DNA of 44,146 nucleotides, from positions 1 through 44,146 of the forward strand of contig CAJFTV010000087.1 of NCBI GenBank assembly GCA_904420055.1. Direction: 5' to 3'. The stretch is from Candidatus Alloscillospira gallinarum (GTDB lineage Bacteria > Bacillota > Clostridia > Oscillospirales > Oscillospiraceae). Positions 17,723 through 25,589 of the stretch are shown in pieces (the stretch's first letter is position 1; each line of letters opens with the position of its first letter). The notes under the pieces were generated by a model. The model worked only from the letters and a program-made list of their open reading frames with translations. It was not told where the DNA came from and ran no database searches. The translations under genes were made by a program, and so were the position numbers.

Positions 17723-19098
17723 GCAAAAACGAACTGTTTTATCAGCAGAAGCATGTCTCCGACGTAATATCCGATGAGGAGCTTAAAGCTTCTGAGGAGT
17801 ACTGCCGGGGCTATGTGGAGTTTCTCGACCGGTGCAAAACCGAGCGTGAGTCCGTGGATTACGCCGTAGCTCTCGCCGAAAAACGGGGTTTTGTCCAGTA
17901 TAAATACGGAATGGAGGCCCGTCCGGGAGATAAGTTTTACCGCTCTGTACGGGGAAAGGCCCTCATGCTGGCGGTAATCGGCAAAAAGAGCCTTTCAGAA
18001 GGTGTAAACATCGCCGGAGCTCATGTGGACGCCCCCCGTCTTGACCTAAAGCAGCTGCCATTATACGAGGACAGCAACATGGCCCTTTTTAAAACACATT
18101 ACTACGGCGGTATTAAAAAATACCAGTGGGTTACAATTCCCCTGTCTCTCCACGGCGTAATTGCAAAAAAGGACGGCACCACAGTCTCCGTTGCCATAGG
18201 CGAGGACGAAGCCGACCCCATTTTCCTCGTCACCGACCTTCTTCCGCATCTCGGCGGCGACCAGGGCAAAAAAACTCTTAACGACGCATTTTCCGGTGAG
18301 GACCTGAATATTCTTATTGGAAGCAGGCCGCTTGGCGGCACTGAGGAGTCCGACCGCTTTAAAGGCAACATCATGAAGATATTAAATGAAAAGTACGGCA
18401 TATGCGAGGAGGATTTAATCTCCGCGGAGCTGGAGGCCGTGCCGGCATTTAAGGCCCGGGATTTGGGCTTTGACAGGTCGATGATAGGCGCATATGGCCA
18501 TGACGACCGCTCCTGCGCTTACGCGGAGCTCGCCGCAATTTTAGACACCGAAGCTCCGGAAAAGACAGCCGTGTGCCTCCTCTCCGACAAGGAGGAGGTG
18601 GGCTCAGACGGTGTGTCCGGAATGCAGTCCGCCGCATTTGAGTGCTTCATGGAGGATCTGTGCGACGCTCAGGGAGTAAAACTGCGTCACTGCTTTGAAA
18701 ATTCTTTCTGCCTCTCCGCCGACGTGTGCAACGCACTGGACCCCAACTTCCCGGAGGTTTCGGAAAAGCGCAACAACGCAAAGCTCAACTACGGCATGGG
18801 AATTTTGAAGTTCACCGGCGCCCGGGGCAAGTCCGGCTCAAACGACGCTTCAGCTGAGATTATAGCAATGCTTAGAAATACCTTTGCAGAGCACGGCGTC
18901 ACCTGGCAGATGGGTGAGCTGGGCAAGGTAGACCAGGGCGGCGGCGGAACAATTGCCAAATATATGGCAAACCGCAATATCGACACAATAGACGCGGGTG
19001 TTCCTGTGCTCTCCATGCACGCGCCTTATGAAGTTGTATCCAAACTGGATTGTTACATGACATATAAAGGAGTTAGAGCTGTTTATGGAATCAAATAA
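17719..19098 (+). CDS. M18-family aminopeptidase
   Basis: 459 aa with metallopeptidase motifs AGAHVDAPRLDLK, GHDDRSC, DKEEVGS and MHAPYE, typical of clostridial M18 aminopeptidases. It overlaps coaE by 4 nt. Confidence 0.8.
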   Translation: MSKNELFYQQKHVSDVISDEELKASEEYCRGYVEFLDRCKTERESVDYAVALAEKRGFVQYKYGMEARPGDKFYRSVRGKALMLAVIGKKSLSEGVNIAGAHVDAPRLDLKQLPLYEDSNMALFKTHYYGGIKKYQWVTIPLSLHGVIAKKDGTTVSVAIGEDEADPIFLVTDLLPHLGGDQGKKTLNDAFSGEDLNILIGSRPLGGTEESDRFKGNIMKILNEKYGICEEDLISAELEAVPAFKARDLGFDRSMIGAYGHDDRSCAYAELAAILDTEAPEKTAVCLLSDKEEVGSDGVSGMQSAAFECFMEDLCDAQGVKLRHCFENSFCLSADVCNALDPNFPEVSEKRNNAKLNYGMGILKFTGARGKSGSNDASAEIIAMLRNTFAEHGVTWQMGELGKVDQGGGGTIAKYMANRNIDTIDAGVPVLSMHAPYEVVSKLDCYMTYKGVRAVYGIK

Positions 19099-20500
19099 CT
19101 ACAGGCCGGCCATTGACAAATGGTTCGAGGCACATGAAAACGAAATGATTGAGGCCGTGGGAGAGCTTGTCTCCCACCCCTCCGTGTCAGGCAAGCCCGA
19201 GGGCGACATGCCTTTCGGCAAAATGGCATACGAGGGACTTATGGCGGCAAAGTCTCTGCTTGAAAAGAAAGGCTTTAAGGTAAAAAGCTACGAGAACGCC
19301 GTTATCTCCGCCGACTTAAACGACGGAGAGCCGACGCTGGGCATACTCGCCCACACAGACGTTGTGCCCGAGGGGACCGGCTGGGACACAGACCCATACA
19401 AAATGGAAGTGAAGGACGGTATGCTCTGGGGCCGCGGCACCTCTGATGACAAAGGGCCTGCTGTTGCCGCCGTTTATGCCATGTGCGCCGCGCGTGAGAT
19501 TGAGCCAAACCTCACGAAAAATTGCCGCATAATTTTAGGCTCCTCTGAGGAGACCGGCATGACAGACCTGCCAATATACGAGAAGTATGAAAAGTATCCG
19601 CCCATGGTGTTCTCACCGGACTCCGGATACCCCGTTACAAACCTTGAAAAAGGCAAGTTCGGCGTCTCCTTCTCCTGCGGCTGGGTTGAGAGCAAAACTC
19701 TGCCCAGAATACTGTCCGTAAAGGGCGGCACGGTTTCAAATATTGTACCCCGTGAGGCGGTTGCAGTTATTGAGGGACTTGACCTCTCCGCCGCTGAAAA
19801 GGTATGCGGAGATATATCCGGGAAATTCAGCGCGAATATCACATACCGCGCTCTTGAGGACGGCAGTATTGAGATAACAGCTCACGGCGAGGCGGCTCAC
19901 GCCTCCGCTCCATTTGCCGGGCTGAACGCGCACACCCTGCTCCTGTCCGTTTTAACTGAGCTCCCCATTGCCGAGTGCGACGGATTTTACAGGCTCCGTA
20001 TGCTGAGCGAAATACTCCCCCACGGCGACTATTATGGAGAGAGCCTCGGCGTCGCCTGCGAGGACGAGATATCCGGCAAGCTCACAATGAACTTCGGAGT
20101 ATTTGAGTACAGTCTCACCGGAATGAGCGGCAATCTTGACATGCGCACCCCTGTCTGCGCAGATGACCTGGATTTGGAGAAAACAGTGTTCTCCCGCTTT
20201 GGAAAGGCCGGCATCATGTGCCAGACTCACGAGAAAATGCCCTCCCACTATGTCCCGGCGGACTCCCCATTTGTACAGACCCTCATGCAGGTATACAAGG
20301 ATTATACCGGACTTGACGGTGAGCCAATTGCCGCGGGCGGCCTTACATACGCCCACGGTATTCCCGGCGCTGTTGCCTTCGGCTGCGAGCTTCCCGGCAG
20401 TGAACACAATATTCACAGCGCCAATGAGCGCTTTTCCATCTATGAGCTGATGATTGGCGCAAAGATATTTACCCAGATTATTTTAGACCTCTGCAAATAA
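19085..20500 (+). CDS. pepV: M20-family dipeptidase (PepV/Sapep-like)
   Basis: 471 aa with M20 motifs HTDVVPEG, GRGTSDDKGP and SEETG. The length and lid domain resemble PepV. It overlaps the upstream peptidase gene by 14 nt. Confidence 0.8.
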   Translation: MESNNYRPAIDKWFEAHENEMIEAVGELVSHPSVSGKPEGDMPFGKMAYEGLMAAKSLLEKKGFKVKSYENAVISADLNDGEPTLGILAHTDVVPEGTGWDTDPYKMEVKDGMLWGRGTSDDKGPAVAAVYAMCAAREIEPNLTKNCRIILGSSEETGMTDLPIYEKYEKYPPMVFSPDSGYPVTNLEKGKFGVSFSCGWVESKTLPRILSVKGGTVSNIVPREAVAVIEGLDLSAAEKVCGDISGKFSANITYRALEDGSIEITAHGEAAHASAPFAGLNAHTLLLSVLTELPIAECDGFYRLRMLSEILPHGDYYGESLGVACEDEISGKLTMNFGVFEYSLTGMSGNLDMRTPVCADDLDLEKTVFSRFGKAGIMCQTHEKMPSHYVPADSPFVQTLMQVYKDYTGLDGEPIAAGGLTYAHGIPGAVAFGCELPGSEHNIHSANERFSIYELMIGAKIFTQIILDLCK

Positions 20501-20509
20501 AACCTGTAT

Positions 20510-20536
20510 AGAGCGGCGGAAATCCGCCGCTCTTTG
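20510..20536 (+). terminator. Probable terminator of the prfA-pepV operon (short U tract)
   Basis: Stem AGAGCGGCGG (20510-20519) pairs with CCGCCGCTCT (20524-20533) and is followed only by TTTGG. Confidence 0.55.
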
Positions 20537-20542
20537 GAAATC

Positions 20543-20579
20543 GTCAGGGCACGCCGCTGTCACAACGGCGCGCCCTGAC
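20543..20579 (+). other. GC-rich 13-bp interrupted hairpin without a U tract
   Basis: GTCAGGGC-a-CGCCG, loop CTGTCACAA, CGGCG-c-GCCCTGAC. It lies between the pepV terminator and the second ene-reductase gene. Confidence 0.7.
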
Positions 20580-20662
20580 CATATATGGCGCGTTAACGCT
20601 TAATCTCCGGTAACGTCTTGTCGTGTGCAGTAAGACGGAAAATTATAAAAAGGAGGAATACC

Positions 20663-22612
20663 ATGTCATCACGCGAATTTAAATACCGGCATCTCTTTGA
20701 ACCCATAACCCTTGGCAAGCAGGTTTTCCGCAACAGGCTGTTTGCATCTCCCGTGTCCGGCAGAAACATAGACGCCATAAACCGTCCCGACGACAACTAC
20801 ATAGCCTTTTACACGAGAAAAGCCATGGGCGGCGCGGCCTCCGTATGTCTTGGTGACTGCGTTGTGGACTCTGTAAACGGCCTTTTCGGTGAACATATGA
20901 TATGTCTCGATGATGTGCGCGGCCACTCTCCAATGTGCCGCATGGCAACCTCAATATCACGGTACGGGGCAGTGGCCTCTGTGGAGCTTCAGCACGGCGG
21001 ACTGTATTCAAAGCACTCCCGCGCCCTTGGAAACACGGTTTACGGCCCGTGTCACGGGTTTGACGCAGAGGGCAATGAGTATTTTGAAATGCCGGAAGAT
21101 ATAATTTTAAAGACTATTAACGCCTATGCCGGGGCGGCGGCATTTGCAAAATCCTGCGGCTTCGGAATGGTGACAATTCACGGTGGACACGGCTGGCTCA
21201 TGTCACAGTTTATGTCCTCAAAGGTAAACAGACGCACAGATATGTGGGGCGGAGACAGGCTTGAAAACCGCATGCGCTTCCCCCTCGCCGTAATTAAAGC
21301 CGTGAGAGAAGCCGTAGGCCCCGGATTTCCCATTGAGATACGCATATCCGGCTCTGAGGTAACCGAGGCCGGCTACGACCTTGACGAGGGCATAGAAATT
21401 GCAAAGGCGCTGGACGGGCACGTCGACCTCATACACGTCTCCGCCGGACACCACGAGCGCCCGGAGGTATTTACCGTCACGCACCCCAGCATATTCATGG
21501 AGGACAGCTGTAACGCGGTATATGCCGCTGCGGTTAAAAAACATGTCAGGACCCCAGTGGCCACCGTCGGAGCCCACTGCAACCCGGATATTTTAGAAGA
21601 GATAATAGCCTCAGGAAAAGCTGACGTAATAGAGATGGCCAGGGCACTCATGGCCGACCCTGACCTTCCTGCAAAGGCAAGACGGGGCGAAACTGATGAT
21701 ATACGCCCTTGCCTCAGATGCCTTGCGTGTTTTTCACACCTGATTACAAACGGACAGATTCACTGCGCAGTAAACCCGGAAATCGGCCGGGAGCGGGAGT
21801 GTATCCGCCGTCCGAAGTCCTCCGGAGTAAAAACCGTCCTTGTGGCCGGGGGCGGCATAGGCGGCATGGAGACAGCCATTGAAGCGGCAAAGAAAGGGCA
21901 TCGGGTAATCCTGTGCGAGAAATCCGGTGAGCTGGGCGGAGCCCTGAAATGTGAGAAAAACGTCCCCTTTAAAAAGAAAATCCGCGCCTACATTGAATAC
22001 CAGATAAAGGAGCTGGAAAAATCCGGGGCGGACATACGCCTGAATACCGCCGTCACACCAGAACTGGCAGACAGCATCTCCCCGGACGTAATAGTCGCGG
22101 CACTGGGCGCCGTTCCATATATGCCGGAAATCCCCGGCATTCACGGAAAAAACGTGTTCACCGCCGAGGACATATACCGCGACCCCACAAAAGCCGGCGG
22201 CACCGTTACAGTACTGGGCGGCGGACTTGTCGGCACAGAGCTTGCCATATATCTTGCCGGACTTAATAAAAAAGTTACTATTATTGAGCGCCTGCCCGCA
22301 CTGAACAGCGGCGGCAATATACTGCACCAGTTTGCACTGGACAGAGAAATAGCACTGCGCGGCATAGACCTCTGCCTCGGCTCGGAGGTGCGGGAAATAC
22401 TGAGCGACAGTGTCATCATTGAAACCGGAGAAATCCGGCGGAAAATTTCTGCCGAAACAGTGGTGTGCGCCCTGGGACAGGCCCCACTCAAGGAGGAGGC
22501 ATGGGCACTTCGCTTCTGCGCACCTGAGTTTCACGTAATAGGCGACTGCCTGGTTCCGAAAAACATTATGCAGGCCACCGCAATGGCAAATGCCGCCGTC
22601 AACATGATATAG
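20663..22612 (+). CDS. Second two-domain NADH:flavin ene-reductase (same family as 1175-3067)
   Basis: It carries VTIHGGHGWLMSQF, the Cys cluster CLRCLAC...HCAVNP, and GxGxxG folds VLVAGGGIGGMETA and VLGGGLVGTE. I use the start at ATG 20663 (AAGGAGG RBS) rather than the tracked upstream start. Confidence 0.85.
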   Translation: MSSREFKYRHLFEPITLGKQVFRNRLFASPVSGRNIDAINRPDDNYIAFYTRKAMGGAASVCLGDCVVDSVNGLFGEHMICLDDVRGHSPMCRMATSISRYGAVASVELQHGGLYSKHSRALGNTVYGPCHGFDAEGNEYFEMPEDIILKTINAYAGAAAFAKSCGFGMVTIHGGHGWLMSQFMSSKVNRRTDMWGGDRLENRMRFPLAVIKAVREAVGPGFPIEIRISGSEVTEAGYDLDEGIEIAKALDGHVDLIHVSAGHHERPEVFTVTHPSIFMEDSCNAVYAAAVKKHVRTPVATVGAHCNPDILEEIIASGKADVIEMARALMADPDLPAKARRGETDDIRPCLRCLACFSHLITNGQIHCAVNPEIGRERECIRRPKSSGVKTVLVAGGGIGGMETAIEAAKKGHRVILCEKSGELGGALKCEKNVPFKKKIRAYIEYQIKELEKSGADIRLNTAVTPELADSISPDVIVAALGAVPYMPEIPGIHGKNVFTAEDIYRDPTKAGGTVTVLGGGLVGTELAIYLAGLNKKVTIIERLPALNSGGNILHQFALDREIALRGIDLCLGSEVREILSDSVIIETGEIRRKISAETVVCALGQAPLKEEAWALRFCAPEFHVIGDCLVPKNIMQATAMANAAVNMI

Positions 22613-22765
22613 TAGGCACAATAGCATCCCCGCCTCATACAGTATGTGTGAAATTGTCATACGTCAAGGCCTCAGCCGGTGCATAGTGTCTCCACATCTT
22701 TAAATCCTCATATTCCGGGCATTCCCCAAAATTATTTACATGGCGTCTGTCCATTAAAATCCTCA

Positions 22766-22800
22766 CCTCCGCCGGTACAATTGTGCCGGCGGAGGTTTTA
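22766..22800 (+). terminator. Rho-independent terminator about 150 nt downstream of the ene-reductase
   Basis: Stem CCTCCGCCGG (22766-22775) pairs with CCGGCGGAGG (22786-22795) and is followed by TTTT. Confidence 0.75.
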
Positions 22801-22940
22801 GCTGTATTTTACAAAAAATCGCAGTATATTTCATTGTTAAAATACCCCCACCGGGTATATATTAATATCAGCGGCAAGACAGCAAAATTAACACATAGCA
22901 TCTGCCAAACTTCTGAAATTTCATAAAGGAGACCTGCGAT

Positions 22941-23480
22941 ATGAAAAGCATGACAGCTGAAGAATACAAAGTGGGAAACACCGTGGAATATGGCGTCTAC
23001 GGTGGTCATCCTATAAAGTGGCGGGTTCTGGCCAAACAGGGTAAAATGCGCCTTCTATGTTCACAGGAGATTGTGACAGAGCGGCCATACAACCCGGAAT
23101 ATGTAAACACCTACTGGGAGACCTCCCCTCTGCGGAAGTGGCTGAACAAAACATTTTTTATGGAAGCCTTTTCCATAGAGGAGAGAAGCCGGATTGTAAA
23201 TACACGAGTTGAAAACCTCCCAAGCCCAAGATACTTTACAAGCGGCGGAGCAGACACCGTTGACAAGCTGTTTATTTTTAACATAGAGGAAGCTGAAAAA
23301 TATTTTTCAGACGGCCATGACCGCGCCCTGGGACACTGGTGGTGGCTTCGCACCCCCGGCAGCACTCTTTTAAGTGCTGCAAGCGTATACATAGACGGTA
23401 CCATTTATGAAAACGGCGTGAATGTTTATTTTGCAGACGGCGGTGTACGTCCGGCAATGTGGGTGCTGACACGAGGATAA
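22941..23480 (+). CDS. Hypothetical protein, DUF6273-like (family assignment from memory of motifs)
   Basis: 179 aa with no signal peptide. Motifs IKWRVL, PLRKWLNKTFFMEAFS..EE, WWWLRTPG and GVRPAMWV match my recollection of the DUF6273 family common in Firmicutes. An AAGGAG RBS is present. Confidence 0.5.
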   Translation: MKSMTAEEYKVGNTVEYGVYGGHPIKWRVLAKQGKMRLLCSQEIVTERPYNPEYVNTYWETSPLRKWLNKTFFMEAFSIEERSRIVNTRVENLPSPRYFTSGGADTVDKLFIFNIEEAEKYFSDGHDRALGHWWWLRTPGSTLLSAASVYIDGTIYENGVNVYFADGGVRPAMWVLTRG

Positions 23481-23493
23481 CTGTCTTAGACAG

Positions 23494-23542
23494 AAAAACA
23501 GCACATTTCGGGAATAATCTATCTCGAAATGTACTGTTTTTT
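23494..23542. terminator. Bidirectional terminator between convergent genes
   Basis: ACAGCACATTTCG (23498-23510) pairs with CGAAATGTACTGT (23525-23537) with one mismatch. An A5 run lies on the left and T6 on the right. Confidence 0.7.
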
Positions 23543-23545
23543 CTT

Positions 23546-24046
23546 TTATCCCACTGAACCTGTTCCCCCGCCCATAAGCTTTGCCAGGTTTGCAGGCACA
23601 TTTATGACAGCGTTCTGGTCGTCTTTTTTAATGCCGTTATACCAGTCTATCCAGCTCGGCTCATCTGTAACGCCGCCGGCAACGGTTTTTTCGTCATTTT
23701 CGCCGCGCTGCTTAAAAATTATCCAGGTGTCGTTCATGGACACCTCAATGGTGCCCTCAGCCCCGTACTGATAACCATACCCCACGCCAAAATTTGACTG
23801 ACAGTCCTTTTCCGGTATCTCCCAGGCTTCAACCGTTGAGGTTATCTCACCGTCCATAGTTCCGCACCGCGGCCCCGGCGCACTTTCCCGGCCGGTGTCA
23901 TAATAGAGCACGCCGTCCACCATGACCATTGGTATGCGGTCATGCTTAATCTCTTCAGGCGGAACCTCACTTTCCGTAATGCCGCCGCAGGCCGCCAGGC
24001 ACATGGCAAACAGCACTGCTATGAAACACAGGGCAAGTCTTTTCAC
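23546..24046 (-). CDS. Putative lipoprotein of unknown function
   Basis: GTG start at 24046 with an AGGAGG RBS 8 nt upstream. The signal peptide VKRLALCFIAVLFAMCLAACGG has a lipobox (LAAC). I recognise no domain in the mature part. Confidence 0.6.
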   Translation of the reverse strand: MKRLALCFIAVLFAMCLAACGGITESEVPPEEIKHDRIPMVMVDGVLYYDTGRESAPGPRCGTMDGEITSTVEAWEIPEKDCQSNFGVGYGYQYGAEGTIEVSMNDTWIIFKQRGENDEKTVAGGVTDEPSWIDWYNGIKKDDQNAVINVPANLAKLMGGGTGSVG

Positions 24047-24157
24047 CTTGAGTACCTCCTTTTTTACACATCTATATTGACGTCCTGAAATGAAAAAAGT
24101 TCCTTTAAAAGACATTTTACTACAATTTTTTAGCTGCATTCCCCAGCTTCGAAACTA

Positions 24158-24186
24158 TTTTAAAATTTCCCGTCCTGTGCTATAAT
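24158..24186 (+). promoter_or_regulatory. Candidate promoter of the AT-rich membrane-protein gene
   Basis: Extended -10 TGcTATAAT (-10 at 24181-24186) with a weak -35 TTTTAA 17 nt upstream. Confidence 0.4.
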
Positions 24187-24243
24187 TGTCTCATACAATT
24201 ATCCGAACATTTTCATCGAATATAATTCCACGGAGTATAAAAA

Positions 24244-25035
24244 ATGAAAAAAGTAAAATTGAAAAGCAATAAAAAAGTCATTATACCTGTAGTTGTAGTA
24301 TGTTTACTTATCATCCTTGCCGCAATTGGTATCTATTTTATAACTTCGGGCACAAATGAGGAAAAAGCCCTTGATACTTCACCAAATGAAGAAAAGGCAG
24401 AAAATATAGTCCCGTCAAGTGAACAAAATCTAATTAACAGTACTAATGATGATATAGATGAAGAAGCTGCAAAAGAAGAAACAGAAAATAGCAGTACAGA
24501 AATAACAAACAACACAGAGAATAAAGTTTCTGAAAGTATAAATGACAATATTTACAGCGACAATAATGATACGATAACTGGTGGACAAGCCGACGACAAT
24601 ATCTCCAGCAATGATAATTCCAGCAGCAACAGTGGTCAGTCTTCTGCCCAGCCCCATAGTCACACATGGGTTGACCATACTGCTTCCAAACAAGTGTGGG
24701 TGTCAAATATTGTAACTGTACCCGACTACGAGACACAAACAATCTACGGTGCACGCTTTTACACAATGAACAGCGATGGAAGCATGACTGCCAACGGCCC
24801 GACATACTGGTTTGAGAACGGGTTCACAAAAGACGACCTTAAGGCCATAATCCGCAACGGCATTAAGAACGCAGATGAAAATGGACTTTATAATGGTGTC
24901 TACTACGGCAACTACCAGAATGTAACAAAGACCGAACAGGTACAGGTGGGCTCGCATGAGGAGGACCAGGGGTACTATGAAGAACAGTCCTATATAGACT
25001 ATCAGTACTGTGCTGTTTGCGGTGAGCGAAGGTAG
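24244..25035 (+). CDS. Membrane-anchored hypothetical protein with a low-complexity N/S/D/E linker and a C-terminal globular domain
   Basis: 263 aa. It has an N-terminal TM helix (VIIPVVVVCLLIILAAIGIYFI), a roughly 100-aa Asn/Ser/Asp/Glu-rich linker, and a C-terminal domain bracketed by HSHTW and CAVCGE. It is markedly AT-rich. Confidence 0.55.
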   Translation: MKKVKLKSNKKVIIPVVVVCLLIILAAIGIYFITSGTNEEKALDTSPNEEKAENIVPSSEQNLINSTNDDIDEEAAKEETENSSTEITNNTENKVSESINDNIYSDNNDTITGGQADDNISSNDNSSSNSGQSSAQPHSHTWVDHTASKQVWVSNIVTVPDYETQTIYGARFYTMNSDGSMTANGPTYWFENGFTKDDLKAIIRNGIKNADENGLYNGVYYGNYQNVTKTEQVQVGSHEEDQGYYEEQSYIDYQYCAVCGERR

Positions 25036-25062
25036 AAATATTCACTGAACAAGCGCAAAATC

Positions 25063-25100
25063 AAAAAAAGCCCTGTCCCAAATACTGGACAGGGAAAAAA
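25063..25100 (-). terminator. Second (backup) terminator for the minus-strand small gene
   Basis: Stem CCCTGTCC (25071-25078) pairs with GGACAGGG (25087-25094). The U7 tract appears only when the minus strand is read. Confidence 0.6.
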
Positions 25101-25114
25101 GCAAATAATGGCAG

Positions 25115-25147
25115 AAAAAAGCCGTGAGAAGTCTCTCACGGCTTTTT
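25115..25147. terminator. Bidirectional terminator between convergent 24244-25035 and 25161-25517
   Basis: Stem GCCGTGAGA pairs with TCTCACGGC (25121-25142), flanked by A6 and T5. Confidence 0.8.
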
Positions 25148-25160
25148 ATATTCAGGCTTC

Positions 25161-25517
25161 TTATTCCTCTTCGGTCTCTTCCGCCGGAGCCTCCTCCTGA
25201 CACTCCTCACAACAGGCAGTTCCGTCGTCCCTGCCGGAAATATCAATTACAATCCCGTCGTCCTCCGCCACATCTGCAAAGGCGGGGTCACTGGCCCAAT
25301 CGTATTTTGTATCAACAATATACTTGCCATCGTCCGTCTTGCTTATGCATATGCCATTTTTTCCGCCGGTTGTAAATTTTATCTCCTGAGAAGTCTCGTC
25401 GTCTGCCCACTTTTTGAGTCCGTACACAAGGCTTACCGCCGCGGCAGTTCCTGCTGCGGCCACAACGCCCGCCGTTATTTTAAGCGCCGTGCCTAATACG
25501 CTCTTACCCATATTCAA
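25161..25517 (-). CDS. Small membrane-anchored acidic protein, unknown function
   Basis: 118 aa with an N-terminal hydrophobic helix (ALKITAGVVAAAGTAAAVSLVYGL) and an acidic C-terminus ending CCEECQEEAPAEETEEE. It has a strong AGGAGG RBS, a consensus promoter and its own terminators. Confidence 0.5.
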   Translation of the reverse strand: MNMGKSVLGTALKITAGVVAAAGTAAAVSLVYGLKKWADDETSQEIKFTTGGKNGICISKTDDGKYIVDTKYDWASDPAFADVAEDDGIVIDISGRDDGTACCEECQEEAPAEETEEE

Positions 25518-25555
25518 ATACCTCCTAAGATATTTTTTCCAAACATCGTGTCTTT

Positions 25556-25584
25556 ATTATATACAAGATATCGCAATTTTTCAA
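25556..25584 (-). promoter_or_regulatory. Near-consensus sigma-A promoter of the small acidic protein gene
   Basis: Minus strand: -35 TTGAAA (25584-25579), a 17-nt spacer, and -10 TATAAT (25561-25556). Confidence 0.65.
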
Positions 25585-25589
25585 CCGCT

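Noticed and set aside
21734-22660. 308-aa ORF antisense to the second ene-reductase. Similar long shadow ORFs occur at 29464-30327 (antisense to serA), 38348-38902 (antisense to pgi), 11308-11934 and 13013-13597 (antisense to mtaD and HAD/ruvX), and 40798-41325 (out of frame within the permease).
   Set aside because: Each lies entirely within a confidently identified gene. Their translations are low-complexity (Arg/Ala/Pro/Cys-rich) with no recognisable motifs and no RBS. They are typical shadow ORFs of GC-rich coding DNA.
22635-22754. 39-codon minus-strand ORF (MDRRHVNNFGECPEYEDLKMWRHYAPAEALTYDNFTHTV) between the ene-reductase stop and its terminator.
   Set aside because: Its apparent RBS is just the descending arm of the terminator stem. 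I could find no promoter upstream on that strand and it has no recognisable features. The region is more simply the 3' UTR of the reductase gene.
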